Source: Candidatus Moraniibacteriota bacterium (GTDB taxonomy: Bacteria > Patescibacteriota > Minisyncoccia > Moranbacterales > GWC2-37-73). From it: a stretch of 64,000 nt of DNA. The notes under the pieces are model-generated. The model saw only the letters and a list, made by a program, of their open reading frames with translations, was not told where the DNA came from and did not search any database. The stretch's first letter is position 1. Every line of letters begins with the position of its first letter. The stretch spans positions 32,421 to 96,420 of the forward strand of contig JAAXUC010000004.1 of NCBI GenBank assembly GCA_013336225.1. The letters are read 5' to 3'. The translations under genes and the position numbers were made by a program. Positions 55,098 to 64,000 of this stretch are shown one piece after another.

Positions 55098-56600
55098 CTA
55101 GTTTGTTGCAGTGGTTGTTCCGGCTGGGAAGAGGCTTTGCAGGAAGGTGGTGCGCTCAGGAAAGTAAATTGCATGGAGGGCGTTTTGCCCTTGGTCATTT
55201 TTTTCAGTGTAATAGAGTTTGCTGTCGGTGAAGTTGTTCACGAGCAGAGAAGTGTTGTCATTGAGCGACAGGATGTCTGCCATGTTGCGTTTGTCGCGGT
55301 TGTCCAATTCAATCAATTTGATCTTATTGTTATTGGTAAACAAGGCATGCTCGTAGTCTCTGGTCCATTGCACATTTCCAATTTGGTCTGAAAATTTAGT
55401 GATTGACATTAAATCATTTTCATTGCGGGTCGGTTGAACTTCCCATTTACGCACAAAATAGGCTGAGATTTCATGATCATTCCAAAAGAGCAGCTTCTTG
55501 CCATCATCGGAAAATTGGCTTCCCGTGGCATTGCTTGAGAGCTCACGGAAATATGTATCTCCATCTTCGCCCAGATTATAGATGAATAGGTCATTGCTTT
55601 TGTTTAGGAAAACAACGCGATCATCATCATAGACGATGATTTGATATGAGGCATCGCTCATGTTTGCTGGACCAGAAGTGGTGATTTGAGTTGGAAAATC
55701 AGTTGCATCAAAATTGGTCTTATAGACGATTCCTTCTGGCAATTGAAAATAGAAGAGTGCTTTTGGAGAAAGGTCATAGCTGGCGATATTTTCAGCTACC
55801 AATTTTTTGCTGGTCAAATCATTGAGGTCAAAGCGGTAGAGATTGTTGTTGGACATGTAAAAAAGAACGTCTTTGTTTTTTGGATCCCAACGTGAATGAG
55901 AAAGATTATTGTCTCCAGTGAGGTCTCTGATGTTGACGATGTCTTGAGTGTTGTCTGCTGATACAATGAAATAATTTTTTTCGCCGCCTTCATTTTTGAT
56001 TGCGGGAATGATGAGTCGATGAGCTTGGGGCGACCACTCAATGTTTTCCTTGCTGTCATTGGTGAATTTATAATCATCTGCAATAAAAACTTGCCCCATC
56101 TCGAGAGTGCCAGGATTAAAAATTTTCACCAAGAAGTTGTTTTCAATTTGCTGTGAGAAAGCTGCCAAGTTTTTGCGAGGAGAAATGAAGAATTTTCCAA
56201 TGCCAGGGGAGTCGTAATCTTCGCGAGCGTATGAATTTTGAGCTAGGGTAATGTTCCAGAATTCAGTTGAGATTCCGCTGTGCACTGATATTTTTTTTGA
56301 CCAAGCTTGATAGCCTGGAGCTTTGACTTCAACCAAATAGTTTCCTGGCACAATACCTCCGATATGATATGAATTATTGAGACGATTGAATGATTTTGAG
56401 GGCATGATCACGCCATCAATATAGACATCAACTTGTTGAGGTGTTGTTTTCAGGGAAATTGAACCGGCATAGACAAAAATTCCATTTTGAAAATTGAAAC
56501 GGTAACCGAAGGCATAGCCAATAATGGTGGCTGAGGTAAGCCAAAAAAGGACAACTAGTGTCCAAAAAAAGATCGCTTTGGGTATTTCAGGATTGTTCAT
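55098..56600 (-). CDS. Membrane-anchored PEGA-domain / beta-propeller protein
   Basis: TM then GYRF; GSISLKTTP..VYIDG..PGNYLVEVKAPGYQAWSKKI; repeated SP/SDDGKK blades; start uncertain (56600 or 56633). Confidence 0.8.
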   Translation of the reverse strand: MNNPEIPKAIFFWTLVVLFWLTSATIIGYAFGYRFNFQNGIFVYAGSISLKTTPQQVDVYIDGVIMPSKSFNRLNNSYHIGGIVPGNYLVEVKAPGYQAWSKKISVHSGISTEFWNITLAQNSYAREDYDSPGIGKFFISPRKNLAAFSQQIENNFLVKIFNPGTLEMGQVFIADDYKFTNDSKENIEWSPQAHRLIIPAIKNEGGEKNYFIVSADNTQDIVNIRDLTGDNNLSHSRWDPKNKDVLFYMSNNNLYRFDLNDLTSKKLVAENIASYDLSPKALFYFQLPEGIVYKTNFDATDFPTQITTSGPANMSDASYQIIVYDDDRVVFLNKSNDLFIYNLGEDGDTYFRELSSNATGSQFSDDGKKLLFWNDHEISAYFVRKWEVQPTRNENDLMSITKFSDQIGNVQWTRDYEHALFTNNNKIKLIELDNRDKRNMADILSLNDNTSLLVNNFTDSKLYYTEKNDQGQNALHAIYFPERTTFLQSLFPAGTTTATN

Positions 56601-56851
56601 TTGGCAGTAGAAATTCGAAAGGCTCTTGGCCAAATTGCGATTTTCTTTATTAAAAAAAGCCTTATTTAAAGCAAAAATTCATGTTAAAATTGGCGATGAA
56701 TCATTCTTGAGATTTTCACTGCAGGATTCATCCTGGTTTGTATTGTAGCCTTTATTTCAAATTTTGTCCATCTGTAATTGCGCTTGCTCACAATGTCAAA
56801 TAAGGCTAAAATATAGTAAAGGCAGTGTAATAATTCATCATATAATTCCAT

Positions 56852-57349
56852 ATGCAATTGGATAAAATCTTCATGAATTTCGGATTGGCGAGTGGCGCCG
56901 CAGAGATGGCAACATTGGCTTTGGTTTTGTTGGTGCTGAGCACTCTTTTTTGGGTTTTGATAGGCAGGTTTCGTTTGCACAATTTTTTGATAAACATCTA
57001 TATTTCACTGGCAATTTTGCAGTTTATTCCTAGTGATATCATGAGTTTTACTAGGAATTCTTCAATTTTATTTTTTCTGATCATTGTCACTTTGTTGACA
57101 CTTTTGAATCCATATTTGTTCGACATTCATCAGTCTGGCTCCGGACTGGCTCTCTGGCAAGTTTTCATGATGAGTTTTCTGGAGGTGTTACTTTTACTTA
57201 GTATCATCATATCTGCTCTTCCAGCTAAAGATGCTGCACTATACATCTCTAAAAACTCCTTGGTTTATTTCACTTATCCTTGGTGGAAATTGGCTTGGAT
57301 AATCGCACCTTTGGCATTCTTGGTGTTTGTTAAGAGACGCGATAAATAG
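56852..57349 (+). CDS. Membrane hypothetical protein
   Basis: About 5 hydrophobic helices. Confidence 0.65.
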   Translation: MQLDKIFMNFGLASGAAEMATLALVLLVLSTLFWVLIGRFRLHNFLINIYISLAILQFIPSDIMSFTRNSSILFFLIIVTLLTLLNPYLFDIHQSGSGLALWQVFMMSFLEVLLLLSIIISALPAKDAALYISKNSLVYFTYPWWKLAWIIAPLAFLVFVKRRDK

Positions 57350-57463
57350 GGGGAAATAGCTATAAAGTTTATAAAGTTTGAAAGTCCATAAAGCGGTCTG
57401 AATATTGTCTTGTTGACTTAATTTTCATTTCAGATATAATTAATATCGTTGACTTAATAATTC

Positions 57464-57536
57464 GGGCACATAGCTCAGTTGGTAGAGCAGCGGCCTTTTA
57501 AGCCGATGGTCGGGGGTTCGAATCCCTCTGTGCCCA
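57464..57536 (+). tRNA. trnK: tRNA-Lys(TTT)
   Basis: Acceptor GGGCACA/TGTGCCC, anticodon loop CTTTTAA, T loop TTCGAAT; promoter TTGACT-16-TATAAT at 57413-57440. Confidence 0.95.
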
Positions 57537-57970
57537 CATATGATAATTTAAAAACACCCTTTGGGGTGTTTTTAAATTTTTATTAGAGGCACAGAGGGAT
57601 TCGAACGGGCAGAAGCTAAGCAAATTGTTTTTCAGCAGAAAAGCAATGCGGCGTGCGTCGATGAATGCGAGGAATACGAGCATTCAGCGCTGCCCAGGAC
57701 AAGGAGCAAGTGAGCGACGGCGAACGAGCGACGCGTGACAGACTGTGCCCACAAAGAGAAAAATCCCTATTGGGGATTTTTTTGTCTTTGTGCACAGAGG
57801 GATTCGAACCGGCAGGAGTGAGATATGAGCGAAGGCGAATAATCGAACGCCGATGAATGAGAGCGTGCGAGCATTCAGCGCTGCCGCGGGCAACGAGCTG
57901 TCAGCAGACAGTGAGGCGGAAATCCTTTGTCTAAATTGTACACACAGAGGGATTCGAACGGGCAGGAGTT
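57537..57970. repeat. tRNA-linked structured repeat array with antisense copies of the tRNA-Lys 3' end
   Basis: cacagagggattcgaac at 57590-57606, 57793-57809 and 57943-57959; cores homologous to the unit behind tRNA-Tyr. Confidence 0.85.
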
Positions 57971-58038
57971 TAGATAAAAAAAGAAGTCCATTGGATTTAC
58001 CAATAGGACTTCTGTTTGAAATAATCTGCAGGAGAGAA

Positions 58039-58284
58039 TCAGATGAAACCAAATGTTAATTTATCTGAAACGCCAGCCTCTTTTAGCGATCCTTCCATAA
58101 AAATTAAAAGTAGTTCTCTGGGATTTTCAGTTCTGATAATCAATTCAATGTCGCGAAATTGACCGCCAGTTGAATTCATGTTGAAGTCTGATTCTCCTAC
58201 GCCGTTTTTCTTGAGTTCAGCGAGTAGTTCATCAATCTCAATTGGCTCAAGGCTGCCTGTTGCTGTCAATGTGCTTTTTAACAT
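58039..58284 (-). CDS. Small hypothetical protein
   Basis: AGGAGG RBS, 81 aa, hairpin 57981-58012 downstream. Confidence 0.6.
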   Translation of the reverse strand: MLKSTLTATGSLEPIEIDELLAELKKNGVGESDFNMNSTGGQFRDIELIIRTENPRELLLIFMEGSLKEAGVSDKLTFGFI

Positions 58285-58478
58285 AGTAATTTCCTCCTGT
58301 TGTTTTAGTGGTACTGCTAATCATTTCGAGACTAAAGGATAATATGTTGAACTTGTTTTGTCAATATGATCCGGAGTTGTTGCTTGTTCATATTTTTGAA
58401 TGCACTGCTGGATTCTTTCTGATTTCTTTGATATAATACCGATATCGATTATCAATCAAAAGTAAAAAGCTGAAAAAT

Positions 58479-59540
58479 ATGACAAAAAAAATATTATCAA
58501 TTTTGCCTGTGGTTGCTGTAACTTTTTTCCTGTCAGGCTGCAGCCTCACTTCGCTGGTGCCTTCCAAGAACACCATGGCCAATGCTACTTTGATAAAAAC
58601 TGAGGATAGTGGAAGCACCTGGAATCCCAAGATGAAGATTGATGACAAAAAAACCATTGCAGGGGTGGACGTTCTGTCGATCGCAATTCATCCCACTGAT
58701 CCAAGCATCATCTATCTTGGCACAATGAGCAGCGGCTTGTTTGTTTCAAAGGATGCGGGAGATAATTGGACGGCAGTCGCATATCCAGACAAAGCATACG
58801 GACTGGTTTTCAATCCTGCCAATCCTGACATCATGTATGGCAGCGGAGTGTTTAATGGGAGAGCAAAAATTTTCAAGCGATTAGCTGAAGGTCAGGAATG
58901 GAAAGAGATTTATACTGAACCAGCTGACGGCACTACCATCTCAGCTCTTGCCATCAGCAAATTCAATCCAAATGTCATCTATGCTGGCACAAATGAAGGC
59001 GTGATTGTGAAGACTGTTGATGGAGGGCAAACTTGGGTCAACTTGAAAAAGGATCCTGGCTTGGTCGGACCAATTGTCAGCATCGGATTTGATGCAGCCA
59101 GTGATGCACATGTGTTTTTTGCAGTTTTTCAAATCGGAGTGCTTGAGACAAAAAATGCAGGAACGACTATTGAAAATATCACTGAAAAAATCGATACCGC
59201 TACGCACACTACAAGCATCTATAATTTGGTGACTGATCCATATTTAGGGGGAGTGGCCTATGTCGGAACGGATGCTGGAATTTTCAGACGTTCAGGCTCC
59301 GATGAATGGAGTCCATTGAATTTGATTCAGAGTTCCAAGGCATTTGGAATCAGAGTTATTGCAATCAATCCTAAAAATTCAAAAGAGCTTATGTATTCTT
59401 CTGCCAAGGCGATTTATAAATCAACGGATGGCGGAGCAAAATGGGCAACCTTTCAATTGGACACAGCAAAAGAAATCAGTGTTCTTAAATATGATATGAT
59501 TAATCCAGTTAAGATTTATGCGGGATTGAGAAGTTTTTAA
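58479..59540 (+). CDS. Lipoprotein with BNR/Asp-box beta-propeller (Ycf48/sortilin-like)
   Basis: Lipobox LSGC; repeated S/T-x-D-x-G-x-x-W Asp boxes. Confidence 0.85.
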   Translation: MTKKILSILPVVAVTFFLSGCSLTSLVPSKNTMANATLIKTEDSGSTWNPKMKIDDKKTIAGVDVLSIAIHPTDPSIIYLGTMSSGLFVSKDAGDNWTAVAYPDKAYGLVFNPANPDIMYGSGVFNGRAKIFKRLAEGQEWKEIYTEPADGTTISALAISKFNPNVIYAGTNEGVIVKTVDGGQTWVNLKKDPGLVGPIVSIGFDAASDAHVFFAVFQIGVLETKNAGTTIENITEKIDTATHTTSIYNLVTDPYLGGVAYVGTDAGIFRRSGSDEWSPLNLIQSSKAFGIRVIAINPKNSKELMYSSAKAIYKSTDGGAKWATFQLDTAKEISVLKYDMINPVKIYAGLRSF

Positions 59541-59542
59541 AA

Positions 59543-59628
59543 AGTTGAATAGTTAAGTGGCTGCTTAGTTAAATAGGCAATACACTTAAATTTATCTAAC
59601 TAATTAACTAAGAAACTAATTAACTAAT
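59543..59628. repeat. Tandem/inverted spacer, family E
   Basis: agttgaatagttaag..ttagttaaatag then (taactaat)n; related arms at 49544-49620. Confidence 0.55.
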
Positions 59629-59641
59629 TTACTACGTATCT

Positions 59642-60199
59642 ATGTATAACGAAATCATAAATTTGCACAAAGAAGATTTGGAAAAAACGATTGAACATTT
59701 TAAAAGTGAAGGCTCAAAAATAAGGACTGGCAGAGCTAATGCCTCTTTGGTGGAGGATTTGTTGGTCGACTATTATGGAGCCAAAACTCCACTCAAACAA
59801 GTCGCCAGCATCAACACGCCTGAGCCAAGAACTATTGCCATCCAACCCTGGGACAGAGGAGCATTGGCTGCAATTGAAAGTGCAATTAGAAATTCTGATT
59901 TGAACATGAATCCAACCAATGATGGAGTTTTGGTGCGAATCAACATTCCGATGCTTACTGAGGAAAGACGCAGGGAGATGGTGAAAGTTTTGAATCAAAA
60001 AGGTGAGGAAGCGCGTATTGGAATTCGCAGCGTGCGGGAAGATGTTTTGAAGGAAATTAAAGATGCGGAAAAAGCTGGTGAAATGTCTGAGGATGATGCA
60101 TTTACTGGAAAAGAAAAATTGCAGGTGATTGTGGATGAATATAATAAAAAAATTGAAGAACTCAGAGCGAAAAAAGAAGTGGAAATCATGACAGTATAA
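59642..60199 (+). CDS. frr: Ribosome recycling factor
   Basis: IRTGRAN, VDYYG, IQPWD, LTEERR. Confidence 0.97.
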   Translation: MYNEIINLHKEDLEKTIEHFKSEGSKIRTGRANASLVEDLLVDYYGAKTPLKQVASINTPEPRTIAIQPWDRGALAAIESAIRNSDLNMNPTNDGVLVRINIPMLTEERRREMVKVLNQKGEEARIGIRSVREDVLKEIKDAEKAGEMSEDDAFTGKEKLQVIVDEYNKKIEELRAKKEVEIMTV

Positions 60200-60210
60200 A
60201 AGCCGCTTCG

Positions 60211-60328
60211 CGAATTTTGAATTATGAATTTTGAATTTCGAATAAAATCAGAATGACAAAATGTTTAAAAATTCAAACATTAAAAATTAAAAAATTGATT
60301 CAAAATTAAAAATTAAAAATTAAAAATT
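60211..60328. repeat. Family A heptamer element copy 5
   Basis: (gaatttt)n, core aaatcagaatgacaaaatgtttaa, (aaaatta)n; left arm shares gaattatgaattttgaatttcgaat with 3924-3948. Confidence 0.75.
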
Positions 60329-60371
60329 ATACGTCATAATTAATGACTACAGTTTTTATTTTATTTCAATC

Positions 60372-61505
60372 ATGCTTACATTAGTTGTTTTTCTAATAAT
60401 TCTCGGTATTCTCGTTTTTGTCCATGAACTAGGGCATTTCGTGGTGGCTCGTCGCAATGGTATTAAATGTGAGGAATTCGGTTTTGGATTTCCTCCACGC
60501 GCAGTCGGCTATTATTTCAATGAAAAAACAGGCAAGTGGAAATTCATCAAAGGCAACAAACATGTTGAATCGAAAAATACTATATATTCTTTGAATTGGT
60601 TTCCTTTGGGCGGCTTTGTGCGCATCAAAGGTGAAGATGGTGAGGGCAAGGCAGATAAGGACAGTTTTGCTGCCAAGTCAGCTTGGATCAGAATCAAGGT
60701 TTTGGCTGCTGGAGTGTTTATGAATTTTGTGTTGGCTTGGGTGCTATTCTCATTCTTGTTGTTTTTGGGCATCAATCAAGAAGTTGATCAAAATGACACC
60801 ACAGTTAAGGGCGCCAAGATTCAGATTGCCGCAGTCGTGCCTAAGAGTCCTGCCTATGAGATGGGAATTCGAGAAGGTGACACGGTTGTCAGATGCGTGG
60901 GAGTTGACCAGCTTTGCAATGAATCTTTTTCCAACAGTGCTCAGTTGCAAGCATTTGTGAATGCAAACAAGGGTAAACAAATCACTTTGGAAATCTTGCG
61001 CGGCGACAAAACCATGAATCTGACTGGAATGCCAAGAATGGAGGCGCCAGCAGGAGAAGGTCTTTTGGGCGTCGGGCTGGCTCAAACAATTTTTGTGAAA
61101 TATTCACTATGGGAATCAATTAAGCAAGGGCCAATGGTGATGTGGAATGTTTTGCTGATGATGGGCACAGTGATTGTTGGTCTTTTTGCAGGCGACACTT
61201 CAAACATTGGTGGACCTTTAGCAATTGCACATTTCACCAAGCAAGCCACCGCGCTTGGGTTTGCCTCACTTGTGCAGCTGGCAGCGCTTCTCAGTGTCAA
61301 TCTTGGAATCGTCAATATTTTGCCAATCCCAGCTCTTGACGGTGGTCGCATCTTATTCATTTTGATTGAAAAAATTAAAGGTTCAAAAATCAGTCAAAAA
61401 ACTGAAAATGCCATGCATACAACTGGTTTTTTCTTGTTGATGATGTTGATGGCATATTTGGTCATTCATGATTTGATGCGTTATGGACTTGGTGGGATAT
61501 TTTAA
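60372..61505 (+). CDS. rseP: RIP metalloprotease RseP (M50 with PDZ)
   Basis: HELGH, PLGGFVRI, NILPIPALDGG. Confidence 0.95.
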   Translation: MLTLVVFLIILGILVFVHELGHFVVARRNGIKCEEFGFGFPPRAVGYYFNEKTGKWKFIKGNKHVESKNTIYSLNWFPLGGFVRIKGEDGEGKADKDSFAAKSAWIRIKVLAAGVFMNFVLAWVLFSFLLFLGINQEVDQNDTTVKGAKIQIAAVVPKSPAYEMGIREGDTVVRCVGVDQLCNESFSNSAQLQAFVNANKGKQITLEILRGDKTMNLTGMPRMEAPAGEGLLGVGLAQTIFVKYSLWESIKQGPMVMWNVLLMMGTVIVGLFAGDTSNIGGPLAIAHFTKQATALGFASLVQLAALLSVNLGIVNILPIPALDGGRILFILIEKIKGSKISQKTENAMHTTGFFLLMMLMAYLVIHDLMRYGLGGIF

Positions 61506-61538
61506 ATTTTTGCAAATATTTCAATGAAGTATAGACCC

Positions 61539-61567
61539 TTGACAGGGTCTTATTTTATAGCTATTAT
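61539..61567 (+). promoter_or_regulatory. greA promoter
   Basis: TTGACA, 17 nt, TATTAT; the -35 lies in the agaccct/agggtct hairpin after rseP. Confidence 0.55.
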
Positions 61568-61735
61568 AGACGTGCTAACAAATCATGAAAAGCATGATTT
61601 CTGCCGTTGTTAAACGGTATTTTTTAATCACTAAGCCCCCACACCCATGAACTCATACTTCTGGCGGTGGGTAAAATCTATCCCGTATTTCCATGCAATA
61701 TTATTTCGTGGGTGTGGGGGTAAACTAAAAACACA

Positions 61736-62191
61736 ATGGTACGATTTATCACAAAGGAAGGATTGAAGAAGCTTCATGATGAAGTTGAAGATCGCAAAAC
61801 TCGTCTTCGACAAGAAATCGCACAAGCAATCAAGGAAGCCAAGGAGCAGGGTGATTTGAGTGAAAATGCTGAATATGCTGAAGCCAAGTCTCAACAAAAT
61901 GAAAATGAATCTCGCATTGGCGAACTTGAAATGATCATCAAAAATTCTCAAGTTGTTGAGAGAGATGATTCTCAAAAGGGCGCACAAATGAGCTCAGTGG
62001 TGGCCGTTGAATCAAATGGCAGCAAAATGGAATTTACAATTGTCGGTTCCAATGAAGCTGATCCTGCAAATTTCAAAATTTCAAATGAATCTCCACTTGG
62101 AAAATCTTTCATGGGGAAAAATGGCGGAGAGACTGTTGATGTGACAACTCCAAGAGGCGTGATCACCTACAAAATTCTTTCTGTAAAATAG
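61736..62191 (+). CDS. greA: Transcription elongation factor GreA
   Basis: GDLSENAEY, ISNESPLG. Confidence 0.97.
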   Translation: MVRFITKEGLKKLHDEVEDRKTRLRQEIAQAIKEAKEQGDLSENAEYAEAKSQQNENESRIGELEMIIKNSQVVERDDSQKGAQMSSVVAVESNGSKMEFTIVGSNEADPANFKISNESPLGKSFMGKNGGETVDVTTPRGVITYKILSVK

Positions 62192-62371
62192 TTCAGCACT
62201 ATAAAAACGCGTAAACATCTAAGCATTAAAACAGGGGCAACCTTGTTTTTTTGTTGTGCATAAATACTTATATTTAAGTTGCTTGTTTTATGGTATAATA
62301 AAAGCAATTTGAATTATTATTAATCAGTCCTAGTTAAATATTTTTTTATAAAATTTAACAGGATAAACAAA

Positions 62372-63589
62372 ATGAAAAATAAAAAAAATATCATCATTGC
62401 AGCATTTTTTTTGTTTACGCTTTTTTTGTTTCAATTGAGAATTGCTTCTGCTAACACCGTTCTTACTGTGGGTGCTACAAGTTTTGATGCAACCTTCAAC
62501 AAAGCGTCATATGCTGCAGGAGAAAATATTGTCTTGTCTTTGAAATATCAATCAACAGTTAATGCTTCTAGTCGATATAATATTGTAGCTGTAACGATAA
62601 ATGGTAATACGTATGAATATGTAGCAGGTGGTCTTTCCTCGACTGGTGGCGCATGGGTTTCTCTCGGTAGTCACACTTTTACAGCGCCTTCCTCCGCTGG
62701 TACGTATAATGCAAGAATCTCTCTTGATGCATATACCAATTCAAGTCGAAGCGTATCCTTTAGGGGGTATCCCTTCATTGGTAATTTTTCATATTCCGTG
62801 ACAGCTGCCTGCACTCCTTCTATTTGGACTCCTCTGGCTTCAACAGTTTGCGCTGGATCACCATTTTCCCAGACCAGTAATTGTGGCACAACTCAATCTG
62901 CCATTGGCACTAAAACTGACGGAGTTTGCTGCATCGACTCAACTTGGACTCCTGACACTTCCAATGTGTGCTCAACTCAAACAGTCACACAAGCTAGCAA
63001 TTGTGGCACAATCAGGGTTGTCATGGGTACGAAACTCGCTGGAACATTTCTTCCGATTCCAAGTGATAAATGTTTGGGAGAAGTATACAGTCAAACAGAT
63101 GGCTGCACCTCTCTAGGTGCCACAGGCACCAATCCAGCACTTTGTCCCAACATTTCCATCATTGCAGCTCCAGCTGCAATTGCAAATGGCAGCAGCTCAA
63201 TCTTATCCTGGACTTCTTCAAATACGACAACTTGCACGGCTAGTGGCGATTGGAGTGGAGCTCAAGCAGTGAATGGTTCAGCTTCAGTCAATCCAACTCC
63301 AAATGCAACTTCTTCATACAACCTGACTTGTTTGGACACTTTCAATAACAGCTCCACAAAAACTGCCAACGTGACAGCAACATGTGCTCCAAGCTCGTAC
63401 ACCTGCTTCAATCCAACTCCAAGCTGCACTGGCAAAGCTGGTCAAACTTTGACTGAAGCTGCCTCTTGTGTGGACAATTGTAGTAATTCAGCACCGTTGT
63501 CCAATTGTGGTCCATCTTGCACTGCTCAAACAATAACCTGTCCAGCACCACGCGGAATTACCAGTTGGCAGGAAGTGGCACCGAATTAA
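62372..63589 (+). CDS. Secreted Cys/Ser/Thr-rich surface protein with Ig-like and repeat modules
   Basis: Signal peptide; WTP..S.VC..Q.SNCGT..GTK repeats; LSWTSSNTTTCTASGDWSG; C-terminal WQEVAP. Confidence 0.8.
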   Translation: MKNKKNIIIAAFFLFTLFLFQLRIASANTVLTVGATSFDATFNKASYAAGENIVLSLKYQSTVNASSRYNIVAVTINGNTYEYVAGGLSSTGGAWVSLGSHTFTAPSSAGTYNARISLDAYTNSSRSVSFRGYPFIGNFSYSVTAACTPSIWTPLASTVCAGSPFSQTSNCGTTQSAIGTKTDGVCCIDSTWTPDTSNVCSTQTVTQASNCGTIRVVMGTKLAGTFLPIPSDKCLGEVYSQTDGCTSLGATGTNPALCPNISIIAAPAAIANGSSSILSWTSSNTTTCTASGDWSGAQAVNGSASVNPTPNATSSYNLTCLDTFNNSSTKTANVTATCAPSSYTCFNPTPSCTGKAGQTLTEAASCVDNCSNSAPLSNCGPSCTAQTITCPAPRGITSWQEVAPN

Positions 63590-63637
63590 AAAGAAAATTT
63601 AAAGTATAATTTTAATAAATTTTTAAAATAAAAAAAC

Positions 63638-64000
63638 ATGACTCAAAAAACAAAAACAATCATTGTGGTGGCAATCATCTTGATGGCAACAGTTATAGTT
63701 GGCACATATTTGCTGCAAAAAAACATTCCAGTGGCTAATGCTCCACAAGAAGCTTTGAATTCCGTGCAAATCACTCAGCAGCCAGCAGAAAACATGGGAG
63801 CGCAAGAAGCAAAAAAAGTCACCTTTCCAAAAGAAATTTCAGGGCGAGTGGTTGGCATGACTTCAGCAACCTGGATTGTTGAGCAACCAACCGGAGCCAG
63901 AGAAATTGGCATCAACATCAAAACTCCAGTTTTCAAAATGGAAGGCTCTGTGAAAAAAGCCATGACCGTGTTTGATGTCAAAGCTGGAAATGAAATCATC
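63638..64000 (+). CDS. Membrane-anchored hypothetical protein, runs off the window
   Basis: MTQKTKTIIVVAIILMATVIVG..., open to base 64000. Confidence 0.7.
   Translation, partial: MTQKTKTIIVVAIILMATVIVGTYLLQKNIPVANAPQEALNSVQITQQPAENMGAQEAKKVTFPKEISGRVVGMTSATWIVEQPTGAREIGINIKTPVFKMEGSVKKAMTVFDVKAGNEII

Noticed and set aside
57588-57959. CRISPR array suggested by the recurring cacagagggattcgaac
   Set aside because: The repeats are tRNA-derived, the spacing is 150-200 nt, the intervening segments are homologous to each other, and no cas genes are present
57498-58059. ORFs 57498-57683, 57665-57856, 57684-58052 and 57853-58059
   Set aside because: They overlap the tRNA and its GC-rich repeats, which are open by chance

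Overview
64 kb of an AT-rich bacterial chromosome using the standard genetic code (tRNA-Trp CCA, TGA stops). Gene content points to a Patescibacteria/CPR (Parcubacteria-like) genome; this is an inference from the homodimeric GlyRS, short AspRS and PGK, FtsA-like plus baseplate-J-like gene pair, and core genes without Shine-Dalgarno sites. The backbone is housekeeping: rpmE, rpsB-tsf, five tRNAs, rpmG, glyS, proS, ileS, aspS, scpAB, mraY, pgk, eno, the infA-rpmJ-rpsM-rpsK-rpsD-rpoA-rplQ-rplM-rpsI operon, frr, rseP and greA. Two accessory regions interrupt it. One (about 11.4-20.7 kb) holds a PEP-CTERM protein, an unannotated Gly/Ser-rich 37-aa peptide, an M16 peptidase, a PurD-like ATP-grasp/GNAT pair and a SET-domain/histidine-kinase pair. 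The other (25.7-32.2 kb) is a tightly coupled AT-rich operon: HTH-methyltransferase, radical SAM, DegT aminotransferase, GT2, and an aminotransferase-HD fusion. The most unusual signals are non-coding. (1) One structured repeat family sits behind two different tRNA genes, and each copy carries antisense copies of its own tRNA's 3' end. (2) Several unrelated families of short-period tandem-plus-inverted spacers lie at housekeeping gene junctions. (3) Two T-box leaders have an ultrashort Stem I yet end in terminators. (4) All five tRNA genes end in discriminator-C-A rather than CCA. No CRISPR array, transposase, integrase or rRNA was seen. All calls were made by eye; no database searches were run.
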